Assembly: GCF_006345805.1 (NCBI RefSeq)
Contig: NC_043002.1
Location: forward strand, 78,244,001-78,308,000
Direction of reading: 5' to 3'
DNA from: Octopus sinensis
Lineage: Eukaryota
DNA: 64,000 bases
Below, piece by piece: positions 24,230 to 38,501 of the stretch. Under the pieces are notes generated by a model that did not search any database, had not been told where the DNA came from, and saw only the letters and a list, made by a program, of their open reading frames with translations. How positions within the stretch are numbered: position 1 is the stretch's first letter; each line of letters begins with the position of its first letter. A program made the translations under genes and the position numbers.

Positions 24230-27121
24230 CCGAATGAAATAGTAGCAACAAAAAAAAACCTTCCCATAAACCTGGCCACTGCAGACTTAATGAAAACTGA
24301 TATGAAAGGTAATATCACCAGGTTAAACAAAATAATATATCCAGTGGGAAAAGTACTTACAAAGGAATTTTGCTACTTCTTCAGATTCTCTCCTATAGAA
24401 ATAGCAATACCTAAGCAAGCAACATGGAAAACAAATGCAGAAAAGGATAGAAAAATAAGAAGAAAGATCTCTAAATCCTTATTGAAATCAATAAAAGACA
24501 GCAATGAAGAGAAAAACATGTGTTAAAGAACATAAAAAATGCACCTAAAATCAAAGAAATCCCTCTTCAAACAAGAAGTTCTCACTATATGGCAAAGAAT
24601 TCATCAGAATGAAAAGTAATGATTCTTTGAAGGAAATAGCTTGACTCCAGAGTAAAACAATTTTATCAAGATGTAGGTTAAAATACAATAGAAATCAATA
24701 TAACAACAGAGATTGAAGAATTCTAGGGAGAAGCATGGACAGCAAAGGAATCAACAGGAACATACTTGTTCAAAATAACAAACACAGCACCTGAACAACT
24801 GTGGGTGGCCATATCAACAGAAGAAGTAGGCCAGGTGTTACAAAAACTAAACAACTGGAAGGCAACAGGAATTTATAAAATCCCAAACTACTGGTTAGCC
24901 TTAAACAGGGGCACACAGTGTAAGCAGATATGTTTATTAAGATGTTGAAAGAGCAGGAGACAACAACTGATTGGCACACTAGTGGGAAAACTCTTTTAAT
25001 ACCTAAGACTGATGAAATAACAAACTCTAAAGATTATACTCATAAGCTGCCTTCTTACAGCTTATAAAGCCATAGCACTGCAATATCACAGAAGATAAAA
25101 AAATATCTGGAGTTGGGAGGAAAGGACAACAAACTTCTAGAAAAACAGAAGGGGTGCTTGAAAGACCCTTTTGGCTGTAAAGATCAACAAAAGACTATAA
25201 GATGGAGGAACAAAGGCTTGAGCTTGGCATGGGTGACTGTTAAGAGGCTCTCACGGTATTCCCCCACATGTGGGATCTTGAAAACATCAGCCATGTGTAA
25301 GATAATACCAATAATCCTGGAGATAGACACCCCACCCCTAACAAAACAAAGAGGATTTACTAAAACTAACTGCATCTCTGTTAGAAGATAAATAATCTAA
25401 GGGAATTTCTTTCTATGCATTGTTTTTGTGTTTGATGCTTATGCATTTATCCAATATATTAAGACAGACTTGGATATAAATGTGATACAGAGGAGATCAT
25501 TCAACCATTTTTTGTACATTGATGATGTTAAGTTGTATGCTATAGACTATAAACAATTTGAAACACTGCTACAGATAGTATACAGATTCTCTAGAACAAC
25601 TGAGGTGAAATTCAGATTAGAAAAACGAACCAAGGTAACCTCAAGGAGAATCAATTAAGAATATCAATGTCATGTTTAGATAAAGAACCGGAGAAAAGAG
25701 AATTAGCCCAAATGGAGGTTTACAAATACTTAGGAATCAATGAAATAGAGTACAATAAAAGCAAATGGAAGAAATGACTAGAAGATATTGTAAATGCATT
25801 AGATTAGTACTTAAAACAGAATAAATGTAATTGCAATTATAATATTCTCAACTGAAGGCTAAAAGAATTAGCAAAACTAGACAGAAAAAGAATAAAAATA
25901 AAAACATTATTTAGTATATACCACCCGCAATCTGATATAAGTATCTTTACCAAGAAAGACAGAGGACTTATACATAAAAAAAAACTACTATAAAATACTC
26001 ATTCATCATCATCATTTAATGATGTAGGACTACTAACGTATTTAGTGATGTAGGACTACTAACATATTTAGTGATGTAGGACTACTAACATATTTAGTGA
26101 TGTAGGACTACTAACATATTTAGTGAAGATTATTAGAAAACTAATACAGAGAGAGTGAAGGGATATACAACTATGTAAAAAAAAAAGAAGTAACAAAAGA
26201 AATTTTGAAACAACTAAAAGCTAAGCAAAAAAAATGAGGCTACAGAATGCCATACTAAAAGACTGAGTATGGAGGAGAAAGACAAAGAAATATCTTAGCA
26301 CTGTGATGTACAGGACTCAAAAGCTGAGACTTGATTGCTACACAGAATCAAAACCTTCCCACCAAAAACTTGCTACACCAGCTCAAAGACTTCCCATCAG
26401 ACACAAGTATGTAATGAAACAAAACACATTAGGTAAATGCAAAATACATGGAGGTTGGGAAGAAACCCTACCTGTCTCTGGCTGTTGAACTTCAGCCAAA
26501 AGAGAATACATTTATAACCATGACAGATTTGGGGCTTTCATAAACAAGAAATTATGCTAACATTAAAAAATACCAATAGAAAAGAGGTGGCATAAACATC
26601 ATACACCTGAAAATTTTTTTTCATAGAATGACAAAGCAACCATACTCTGGGGTGTGCCAATTTACACAGACAGGGGGATCAAAGCTGAAATATAATAATA
26701 GGATGTTTTTGTCAAAGAACATCAGCAAAAGGAGTGCCTCCTAAAGAAAGTAATAGTTCCAGCAGACAATAATGTATCTCTAAAGGAAATGAAGAAATTA
26801 TCCAAATATGAAGATCTGGAAATAAACATAACCAGAATGTTGAGATTAAAAAACAGAAGCAATCCTTGTGGTAGTATAGGCAGGTGCCTTACGAATGGTT
26901 AAAAAATATATAGACAGGTAAATAACCAACCTCAGGACTTACACATATATATAACATATAGAAGCTAATACTAAGCAATGTATACATTTAGAGTATTGTC
27001 AATACAATATAACATACAAAACCAAAACAAAACACTGCACATACCCAGGTGCACACAACTGTGCTTAGTGATGTAGTGAAAGCACGCATTTAAAATAAGA
27101 CTACCGAACAACAACAACAAT
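24230..27121 (+). mobile_element. Decayed R4/Dong-type (restriction-like endonuclease) non-LTR retrotransposon
   Basis: Collinear remnants: NWKATGIYKIPNYW, DWHTSGKTLLIPK, KQKGC...FGCKDQ, LSLAWV, FNHFLYIDDVKLYA (RT YxDD), YKYLGINE, HDRFG, LWGVPIYTDRGIKA, KYEDLEINITRM, and an aacaacaacaat tail. Many frameshifts. The 5' boundary is approximate. Confidence 0.88.
26015..26126. repeat. 26-bp tandem repeat, 4.3 copies (tttagtgatgtaggactactaacata)
   Basis: Units at 26015, 26041, 26067 and 26093. Units 2-4 are identical; unit 1 differs at 2 positions. Confidence 0.97.
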
Positions 27122-30100
27122 AAACGACATTAAGATATCAGAACAAATTATTGATTTATCAGTTTTACACTGTTTATACATAATACAGTCAACAAAAAAG
27201 AAATGGCTTAATTTGAAATGGTATCTGAAGTCATTATATTGACTTATAACAGAAATAAAATTGAAATACTTTGACATCCTCTTCCTTATCATCTTGGCAT
27301 ATGTTATAAAGATCCATACAACAACAATCATTCGCTACAGCAGTAGTAGCAGCAGCAACACACACACAGCTTGTCAGGTTATTTATGAGCTCTCATTTCC
27401 TCCTGCCTATTCAGTGGACATCGACCAAAATTTCTGAGCTGCATTCATAGTTTAACATACATATGTATTATCAGTCACTGTATGTCTTCCTTCCATCTTT
27501 GTTGTTTATGTTTCACAGCTATCCACCATAGCACTTTTGACAAAGGTATCATAAAGTTTTATTATTTGTGAAAAAGAGATTCTTTTGTCAAGAACAAAGG
27601 CAATACATCTGTAAATTTTATTCCATCAACTTTACACTAAGACCTATTATCAAACAGATTACCTGGATAACAGAATATGCTCTCAGTGAATTAATGCATT
27701 AGTCTGAGGAGGACTTCATTGACAACTTCTCATACAAATTAAATAACTATCTAACTGAATGTTGTATGACATGCTGCATGTCATATCTCTAATAATAAAT
27801 GTTATTTTCCAAATTTAATGGAAATAACCTCTGTATCTAATAGTATTTTTTCATATCCTCTGATATGCATTATGAAGTAATGTTTACTTCGAAGTAATGT
27901 TGCTTTTAAATTTAACTCTTAACAACTGGGCTTGATCTTCTGACCCCATAATTTTTGTGTTAGAAAGAGAAAATGACTGAGTCTTCAAGAATATCTATAC
28001 ATTACTTTGTTTTTATTGAAATTCAGATATTCTTTTATAGAATTTTAAGTAATAAGATCCGTCTTCTTTACTCCTTTTCTGACATTGATTGTCTACTAAG
28101 TGAACTGATCCGAGACTGTGGACTAAAACTGAAGCAATTACATTAAAAGCACATAAAAATTATTAAATTCACTTTTATTTCTTGAAGTACAATGGAACTA
28201 TGAGAATGACCAGGTCACCATGATGTGTCATAAATTTTGACATCTCGAGAAATAAATGAAAAGTAAATTTAACAGTTATTGTTTATTTTTAGATGTATGT
28301 AATGGCTCTGTGGTGTAAGAACTGTTCTTTTTCTCTCTCCTGTAAAAAATGCTCTCGTTTATTCTGGTATTGAAGAATTAATAAATTTTAATTAAACAAA
28401 TCTACATAATTAATCTTCTGAGAGCATTTCACATCCTAGATTTTATGAACCAGAAATTTAGGGCTACTCCTCTTGAATTCATCTCTTTATATATCTGAAA
28501 CAGTATATCAGTCATGAAAATTCTTCTTCACTCTGTACGTAACCATACTCTACCTCATATTTAAGTAGTAAACAACTGCTGCTCAGAATGTAATCATTAG
28601 CATCATAGATCATATACAAAGAAATGCCCTGTCAATTTGACGGGGAAACTTTTATATTTGTGTACAGGAAAGAGTGTGGTTTTAGGTTTGTCACCACTAC
28701 ATGGCATCTTAGATAAGTATCTACAAGTGTAGCCCCAAGTTGACTAATGTCTTGTGAATAGAACTGATAGACAGAAACTACATTGAAGCCCCATTGCATG
28801 TGTGTGAATGCTAATTACACATTTTCATTTACATCATCATGGCAAAAAAGGTGACATTGTGCATTCTCCACTAAACAGATGTTTGATAATTCAGTTCAGT
28901 ACAAATGCAAGAACTGTGGGATGAAAAATATTTTATTTGAAAAATAGGCAGGAGTTGATGACAGGAAGAGCATCCAGCTGTAGAAAATCTGCCTTGAACA
29001 AGTTTCATTTAAACCATGCCAGCAGAGAAATAAATGGGCAAGACAAATTATGATGAGGATGATGAATTACATAGCTAGAAACAGCAGCCATATCTGCCTC
29101 AGACTAGCATCTACTATCGTAAGAAAGGCAGGACACATAGTGAAATGCACTCCTAGATATATCATAATTGAATAAAAACAAGATGATCATAGCTGGAATA
29201 CTTTTGATCATATGGTTGCCTTATCAGGGTGAACCTGTGAGCTTAACAGCATCAGTCCTTATTCAGTAACATGTTTCAATTCTTGGAGTATTTATTTTGA
29301 TTATTTCTATTAATGCTATTATAATTTCCCCTCTAGACATGATTGAACACCAAAGTAACCATTAGTCTTATCATCTTTTTTGATATACACCATTATCATT
29401 AAGTCTTAGTTTTTTATGTCCTTTCACTTGAGGACATGTGCTGTCTTTCTTCCCCAAAACTACAACTCTTGAAAATTCTATCTACTCACCTCAACTAATT
29501 AGTATTTCTCCAGAATCTAAATTAAACATTTCACTATACAAACATAACTAAATTTCCACTCACTTGAAATTTTAATCTGTAATTAATAAAAAATGAAGGT
29601 TCATTTAGAGTAGCAAGAATTATTCTACAAATATAATAGCTGTTAGAAGGCTTTAAATATTAATTTATTATTCGTCACCATATTTCTAATTTAATTTCTA
29701 AACTGAACCTTTGAGTTTCATACTTCTAGCAAAAATACCTTTCATGGTGAAAATAAGTAGATTGCTAACCCTCCACCTCTCCCTCTTTCTTTCTTTCTCA
29801 CATGCAAACATAAATACCTTAGAGATAAAGTTTATTTCTAACACAGATATTAAAACAAGACAAATATATGTATAAAGCAAAACTCAATATCGTGCTAAAA
29901 TCAGCTGAAATCTAATATTCCCCAGAAAGGATAAACACACTTCAATAATACAGCAAATCTAAAATTATTACAAAAAAAAAAAATCCAATTAATTTAAATA
30001 CAACAAAACAAGGATAGCAAACTAGAACAGGAATAACAGACATTCTATTTCATCTATCTGAATTCTGAACATAAAATGAAATCTGGGAAAGAAACAGAGA

Positions 30101-31296
30101 AAGAAAGAAAAAGAGAAAAAAAAACAAACTGAATTTTCAAATTTGTTAATCTTATCCAATACAAACATGAAATTTGCACTAAACATCTTTTACATATCAT
30201 ATGAAAGTATTAATATAGGCAAAAAAAGCAAACAAAATCTTAAAATCTTTTTCGTTTTTGTTTGTTTTCTGTGATGAGGTGATATACATCTATTTATAAA
30301 ATACTTTAAACCAACTTTTAATTTCAACCCTCAAGACTGCCTGATATATATTTGTGTACATTTAAAATTGAAACCTCAAGCCAAAAACACGAATGATAAT
30401 GAGATTTTCAGTTAGTCAACAACGACAACAATATAGTGAACTGATATCTGGAGATACAGATATTTAAATAAAATCCCACCAATGTCTTCACTGTATTGAA
30501 AATCAATTGAAAACACTTAAGGCACTCTCTCCATTAAGAAATATACTCACAAAAGGGTTAAAGATAATACTTTGAACTAGCACAGCTGCTGGAGAATAAA
30601 CCACATATGGTTGGTGGGGACATTGAATGCAACAAAGAAGTCAAACATAGTCAGAAAGAACAAAGAACCTCATGTGAAATAGGACTTTCAAAATAGGAGT
30701 CTAGCTATCAGACAAGTTCTTTGTTCATTGTACTGCAATCTTTACAGATGTATTTCAACTGAAACATCTTGGCTACAAAAGCACATTATCAAATATTATT
30801 CTATATATTTATATATTTAATATTTATTTAGATTTGAAAATTATGATAAAGATATACATGTACTACACACACACATCAAACATGTAGACGAAACAGAATA
30901 TATTTTGTTAGACTAATGATTATGAATTAAATAGCTTCACTCTCAGTTTTGTGTATGAATGCTTTATTCCAAGTGGCTGAGCATAGCTTCTTTTTGAACA
31001 TGTCGCCCACTAGAATATATATAAAAATTAAATCCAATTTATAATTTAAATGAGGCTTTAAATTGCAGCTAAATATAGGAAATAGCATATTTGCTTTTAT
31101 ATGAACTTTGTAAGTATGTTCTTGACGATGGTTCTATGTTCTCCAAGGAGTGCACAGAATTGTATGGTAAGCCTCAACTAAGGATGTATATGAAGGGATA
31201 AACAAAAAAAAAATAATGAAAACCAGGTGAAAATTTGAAATAACACCCACAGCTAGATGGGCAGTAGCATACAAGTGATGTAATTAAACAGTATTC

Positions 31297-31338
31297 ACAA
31301 AATGATTTCAATTCCACCTGGAATTGAAATCATTTTGT
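31297..31338. repeat. Perfect 20-bp inverted repeat with a 2-nt spacer
   Basis: acaaaatgatttcaattcca-cc-tggaattgaaatcattttgt. Confidence 0.97.
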
Positions 31339-31987
31339 TCTGCTTTGCCTTGATTGAGGTAAACAGCAGATACACATACAAATGAGAAAGAGAGGGGGGG
31401 AGTGACATTTCTGTTGTGAAAATCACTCTACTGTGAAAATTTATACCATGACTGCTCTATTTCAGACAAGAGGAATACATTAAACATCATTCCATAATTT
31501 TCGTATGCAAGCCAGCAGGGCTTAAAAGAAAACAGATCCTGTTTGATTTGAGGTTGTGTTTGTGTTATGGATGTGAGTGTGGGGGATGGGGGTGGCTATA
31601 CAAACAAAAGGATGGATATACAGACAAAGGGAAGTGTATTCAATATATGAAAGAGTGTTTTATGTATTCATTCACCTGAAGCCTTCATTCTGTGATTACT
31701 TCTGAGAGCTTCATGCATGAATGATGGGAGTGGAGCTTTGGAGGATAAAGGATAGCGAGAATGGAATCAGTAAAAATTCAAAATGGATGCTTTGCAGTAG
31801 TTAATATTTAGAATATTATTGTTCTGATCTCAAATCCCACCTTTGCTTTGATTCTTTCTGAGCTGTTAAAACATTGATTAGAAACAAACCGAATTTGATC
31901 TTACTGGATATATGCCACAGTCACCAAAATTTGATGTCACTTGCCAAATAACTTCTTTCACACAGAAAGAGAGAGAGTAAATGCTTA

Positions 31988-32035
<48 letters not shown>

Positions 32036-32063
32036 CATTATTATCATTATTATCATTATTATT
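31988..32063. repeat. (ATT)n/(ATC) microsatellite
   Basis: Direct reading; source of the poly-I, poly-L and poly-N ORFs. Confidence 0.98.
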
Positions 32064-32207
32064 TTGCGGGGAAGGAGAAACTTTGCCAATTTTGTTTTTC
32101 TTCAATACAGGGCCTTCAATATTGATGCAATGTAGAAATTTCTCCTTAAAATGGAGATCTGGTTGAAATACTTGCAACGTTTAGGGAACAAGCTTGACAT
32201 TTAAAGA

Positions 32208-32835
32208 ACTACATACAAATCTGACATTTAGAAAGCATACACATAAGTCAGACATATAGAGTACATACAAGCATGTCTGGCATATAGAAGACATACATAT
32301 ACATCACATATTCAGATGGCATACACATGTCTGACATTTAGGAAACACATACACATGTCTATCACTTAGAAGACATGAGCGATAGACATGGGGGGGGGGT
32401 GCATACACACAAGTCTGACAATGAGAGGACATACAAATAATTTAGGAACCATATACAGGCATCTGACATTTAGAACACATCCATATATGGGCCACATACA
32501 GACAAGTCTGGTATATAGAGTACTTAAAGATAAGTCTGGCATTTAAAACATATACATACACGTCAGACAGTGTGCCCTCACATATTTAGTATTGAGAACA
32601 TATACTCAAAAACCTGCATTTAGAACATATACATACAAGCCAGATCTTTAGAGCACATATACATTCTCTAACATCTAAAAACATATACAAGTCTGACATT
32701 TAGAGCAGAAGCACATAATTTATGACATTTAAAACGTATACAGGCCAAATCTTTAGAGCACATATAATTCTACATCTAAAACATATATACAAGTGTACAA
32801 TTCAAATGACATGTACATGGCCTGTCATTTAGAGT
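32208..32835. repeat. Diverged minisatellite, unit about 26-30 bp (consensus approximately acatatacaagtctgacatttagag)
   Basis: The motif (gt/at)ctgacatttag(a) recurs about 20 times at regular spacing. Confidence 0.85.
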
Positions 32836-34887
32836 ATGGTTAACAAACTGTTTTGGAGGTAGACTGGATTTAAAACGTTCTTGTGTTTTGCAGGCCAAAG
32901 TGAATAAAAACAAATGAAGCCATGATCATACAACTTATTTCCTTCTATTTTCTCTTTTTAATACCACCTGTTGTAATTGAAGTAATCGCTACACATTTAA
33001 AGACATCAAAATTTAGTCTGCACTATGTATGATACAGCATACAGTGATGAATTAAAATATTTTTAGAGTGAATGGAAGTGATTGTGACTTCAGAGTAAAC
33101 GTAGTACTGGCCAGTTTACCTGCTTTCCTCAATGGACAAGCAACCCCCCCTTTTTTTTTTGTAGCTCTCTCACCATTCTTATTTTTGAGTTTTCATGTAA
33201 ACTATAATGCAACAGCATGAGATGCTTTTAGCCTGTTATTCCAGTCATCTGTGAAGGTGGAAACATTTACTGCTTAAAGTATATCACACCTGAGGAAACA
33301 TTAATTATTTTTACCAAGTTAAATAATCATCATCATTATTTGTATTGATATAAAACATTAATTCATTTACGGCCACTGCAAAAATAAAAATAAAATGTCT
33401 GGATTTTACTGTTCACTAACCAAAGATAGATAAAGAAAGAACTGTTGTATGCAATGTCACATATTCAATAAAGTCGGCCAGATAAAACCAGGCCAAGGAC
33501 TGTAGTTTACTGACCCCTGATTAAGAACATGGCTTGACAATAAATTACAAGTTAAAAAATTGTATTGCTAAAATAACTATTAAGCATGTAGCTGTTAAAA
33601 TTTTGTGTATTCTCAACAGAATACTGTCCATACCATTCACCTTGAATACAGCTAGCTGCTATAATGTTTTGGTGAAAGCATACAAAAGTAGTTGCTATAG
33701 GGGCTAATATCAAAATTGTTATAAATGCTAAACCTCACCATCACTGAAGATCTCTCCTGTTGATTGTACATCATCATCAACACATCAAACAATCTCCCTC
33801 TTATACTCACATGCAAAGAAAGTGTCTACATTAGTATTTGAATATTTTTTTACTGTTTAGCCAGGGTGAGAAGGACAGCTAATACCTGTCAGGGCTACAT
33901 GAGGTGTGGGTTCGAGTCCAACAGGTAACTGACTTTTTCTATCTGAAAGGGTTTTTCACCCCAATATTTACATGCTTCTTTTTTTTTTTAATATAGCTTT
34001 CTATGATTTGGAGATTTCACTGTTCCAAACAAGAATTATATCATGTTCTCTTGAAAGTTTATAAAAAGAAAAAAAATTATAGGACATCAACAGCATGTTT
34101 ATTCTTTCCAGAGCCTCCAATACTGATGGGGTTGGGAGAGTTATTCCCAAATCAGACACTGTTATTCTTATTTTGAAACTGAAAATACTTGTCCCCACAC
34201 CACACACAATCACTAACCCCATTACAAAGCTCAAGTGAAACATGCAATGATATGCAAGTCAGTGCAGCTACTACACATAGATAACCAAAGTTGCTCCCTG
34301 CCACACACACACACAAAGTAATGGAGACAACTAGCCAAAGTCGATAGCTAACTTGCTAACACATTTTCAGCCTAAAGCCCAGATACACTATCTTCTCATT
34401 GTATCTTTTCTCTCTGCTCTCTTATATCACCTCCACTCAGACACTGCTAGATCATTTACATCTTCTCTCATCACCTGAATTATGTCTGCCTCTCAGGCCC
34501 TACATTAACAACCATCCTTAGTCCTTCCTCCACATAACACCAGCCTTCTTGACCTATCCCACCTGCGTTCTTAGTGCATTGATTTCACCTGTCTTGAGTG
34601 CTGTCAAGGCCATGAACACCATAACTTTCTCCGGACCAAAGCATTAAAAAAAAAAAAACAACTGTGTAAATACTTTCCCAAGTCATATTCCTCATCATAT
34701 TCTTTCCATGATCACAAAGTGTTGCTTGAGAGGTGTTGAAATAAGGTGATCTACGAGTTGGGTACTAAAGTACCAAACTCACTTTTGACATTCAACAGAG
34801 AAACCTAACCAATTATAGTCATGATTCCTTTAAATAACCTGGTACTTTAATATTGCTTGTATCATTAACACTGTCATCATTTGTGAT

Positions 34888-35202
34888 TTAACCCTTTAGT
34901 GTTCAGATTCCTCTGTCAAATGGAATGCTTATTTATTCATATTGTTTTGAATTGATTATGCATTATCTCATAGCTTCGTGATTTTGATAATTGCTTACTC
35001 TTTTACTTGTTTCAGCCATTTGACTGCGGCCGTGCTACAGCACCGCCTATTAGTCGAAGGAATTGACCCCAAGACTTATTCTTTGTAAGCTTGGTACTTA
35101 TTCTATCGGTCTCTTTTACTGAACCGCTAAGTTACGGGGACATAAACACACTCGGCTGTCAAGCAATGGTGGGGGGGGGGGCAAACACAGACACACACAT
35201 AA

Positions 35203-35237
<35 letters not shown>

Positions 35238-35491
35238 ATATATATACACACACACAACAGGCTTCTTTCAGTTTCCATCTACCAAATCTACTCACAAGGC
35301 TTTGGTCAGCCTGAGGCTGTAGTAAAAAACACTCAAGGTGTCATGCAGTAGAACTGAACCCGGAACCATGAGGCTGGGAACCAAGCTTCTTACCACACAA
35401 CCACTCCTGTACCTGTTTATTTTTAGAATGGCATTGTAGGATAAATAAAACAGGTAGAATATTTGGGCCAGATATGGCTTGTTAGGGTTAA
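34888..35491. mobile_element. Second piggyBac-like MITE family, interrupted by a family-A SINE
   Basis: TTAA-CCCTTTAG (34888) ... AGGG-TTAA (35491). The MITE sequence stops at about 34994 and resumes at about 35411. Partial reverse copies occur at about 2360-2428 and 23725-23898. Confidence 0.75.
34995..35410 (-). mobile_element. SINE family A copy nested in a piggyBac-like MITE
   Basis: Reverse complement of 14296-14760 from cttttacttgtttcag to accacacaaccactcctg. Confidence 0.9.
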
Positions 35492-35719
35492 AGTGACTTG
35501 AAGTTATGAGTAGATTTCACCATTGTCAGTGTTGTTGAAATCTGCTGGTATTGACAAACTGTGTATGCACTAACACAGTGAGAAACGAGAAGTTTCACCC
35601 CCACCCCCCAAAAAACCAGAAATTTAGTGCTAACAATGTAATGTAGAGAGCATCACAAAACCAACTAGAAATATTATAAGCTGAAGGGGGAAAAAAAACA
35701 TTATCTTTTTTTTTTTAAA

Positions 35720-36025
35720 CTTTTACTTGTTTCAGTAAGAGCAGAGCAAATCAACCTCAGTGCTTATTTTTAAGTCTAGTATATTTTCTATCAGTGTCTT
35801 TTGCCAAACTTCTAAGTTATGGGGACAAAAACAAACCAATGGTTGCCAAGCAATGGAGGGTGGGCAAACACTAGCACTAACACACACACACAGACAGACA
35901 CAATGGGCTTCCACAGTTTCCATCTACCAAATTCATTCACAAAACATTGATCAGCCTGAGGTTATAGTAGAAGATACCTGCCCAGCATGCCACACAGTGG
36001 GACTGAACCTGAAACCATACCTGCA
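35720..36025 (-). mobile_element. SINE family A copy (partly deleted)
   Basis: cttttacttgtttcag ... gggactgaacctgaaacc; same structure as 34995-35410. Confidence 0.8.
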
Positions 36026-38383
36026 CCTAAACTAACAATATTATTTTGATTCTTCCAGCAAATACAAGAAAGAATTCCGAGCTAGTTTTTGTCTTATCCA
36101 ACTACATTAGTAAAGCACAATGCAGTCAACTGCTTTGTGTTTCACTAATGAATATAAGACCTATTTACTATGTGATTCTTCCATCACTACTTTGGCAAGA
36201 ACAGAAGTCTTAGCTGAGAAGGTCACATAAGGCCAAAACATTTCTTGTCAAAAGAATTAAAGAACAACTATCAATGACCAATACTGATTAATGGTTTCTA
36301 AGTTTTATAGTAAAGCTGTGAACAGATGATTTCTTTTTTTGTCTATTATATTCCTACACACACACACACAATAAATTTCTTTCGAAGGTCTTAAGCTTAC
36401 ATTAGTAAGAGTCAGGTGGTTCTACAATATGTAAATATATCGGATAAATATTTATTTTTATATATGAGAAGTATTCTAATGCTTGCTATTCAACAGTGAG
36501 GTGTCGTGGATAGCCTCTAGTTTAGCAAGTTAGACTAAACAAAGTAGTATATCCTCTCTAGAGACACAATTCAATACCTTAGGGTTTGATATCAGGACTT
36601 GTGCAGGTGATTTAACACAATGTGGATACAATAAATAACCTAGATACAGTTTATAACCTACTTAATAATTAAAATAAAGTGAAATAGAGTAATAAGAGGA
36701 AGTAAAAACAAGAAAAGCGAAAACTAAATGAATATACTATATAGCAGCTACTGAAATAATTCAACTTCTATGATACCCACGTCACATCTGGTGAGCCATG
36801 TATTAAAGGGATTTTAAACATTACCAGTATCATCCAAATTAGAAAAAGAATAAGGAATTATGCATAAATATTAAGAATTGCAAACAATATTTCAAATTTT
36901 AAAGATAACAAAAGGCTAGCACAGCTAAGAGGATTCATACCATGTTCAAATCTCGTTTTATGCTGTTTGTATTGCTTTGTGTAATATAATAATGTAGTTT
37001 ATTGTAATCAGAGACTAGCTATCTTACTCAAGCTGTCTGTCATTGATGGTAGATATGGACTAAAAAATATTACGTAAGGGGAATAGGAACATAATAGAAA
37101 AACTGATTCATAAGCAATTATAGATTCTTCAGTTAAGTATAAAAAAGAATTGTCTACAATTCACTTCAAAGTGCAGTATACTCAAGCATGCTTAAGGCAA
37201 GAGAAAAACTAATCAGCATCTACTTAACAAGAACACATAACAGGTAGGTAGGCAGATAAGAAGAGGTTTTTAAGAAGACAATTCTAGTCAGTGTATTAAG
37301 TGATATCTCAATCCAAGAAACTCAACCGAATGAATTACTGTGATATTACAGAAGAGAAAAGAATAATATCAACAGCAACCAATACCAGTCATTGCTAGAA
37401 TGCACACTCTAACAGAAATTCAGCAATGATTAAATTCGCTACATAATTATAAATCTAGAGCTGTTGAAATATGTACAGCATGATAATGGAAGCTAAACCA
37501 AGTAATATCAATGAAAAAAAAAATTTTAAATTATCCTTTGCCAGTCAGTGAATATTGAATGACGCTTGTATCCATACAACCAGTGAAATCATTTTCCAAG
37601 CAAAATGCCTATCGAATGCTAATTTTAGCTTTAGGCTTGCACACGTTCTTATTCTAGAATGAATAAAAACTAGTTCATGCTTTCTCAAGAATATTAAGAG
37701 TTAAAGCAAAATCTCATTTGAATACCCTTGTTGGCTTGGCAACAAGTATCATTATAGAGTGCTTTCTTCAAATGATCGGTTTTGTCAATCAATCTTGCAT
37801 CAATGCTTAAAGGCAATTTCATATCTATTTTTCATTAAACAAATTTCTGTATGCTTTACTTCTAAGCTGATAACACAGTTTGCAATTACAAATCATCAAT
37901 ATGTTCGACCATGATAGAGATGGTAACGGTCGTTGTTATATCATCAACATTATTGGAATATAATTAAGTAGGTAGGTGGCGTATCTTGACAGGAAAATCA
38001 TGCACTAATATCTATTACAAACAACATTACTTCTTAAACATCTTTTTAAAAGACAGCTGCTTCAAATTGACTATTTTGACATTTTAATCAAAAGATAACA
38101 TTTAATAATACTACACAGAAAATACAGAAGCAAAATAGACTTAGATACAATTAGCTAAGTAAATGCTTTCGATGAAAATAAAATAAAAACAAGATCTTGG
38201 CTTGTCTTATCTATTCTCTGGTTGGTTAGCAAAGCTCAACTCTGATTGATAAAACCACAAATACTTGGTTCTCATCTTAAACTTGCTACCAATTGATAAA
38301 CTTGACACTACAAATAAACATTAGATTTTAGTGTTCACCTACAAACCCAAGATACATTTTTTATGTTGACCCTTCATCTAATT

Positions 38384-38501
38384 CAGTGGTTCTTAAACTA
38401 TAGTACCTTCTTGTGGGCATTGTGACCTCACAAAGCAGGTGGCAAATATATCAATGGGGTGCCAAGGAGCACTCAGAGTTAAGAAGGGTTGGGATCTTTT
38501 G
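38384..38501. mobile_element. Degenerate hAT-like MITE
   Basis: Starts cagtggttcttaaac. The right end is only loosely complementary and no TSD is recognisable. Confidence 0.35.

Noticed and set aside
26015-26126. Regular repeats as a possible CRISPR-like array (also 32208-32835)
   Set aside because: Head-to-tail units without unique spacers, no cas genes, eukaryotic context.
33883-33927. tRNA-like segment: GGTTCGAGTCC B box inside a 7-bp stem, followed by a T run
   Set aside because: No A box, D arm or anticodon arm; at most a SINE-head remnant, not a tRNA gene.
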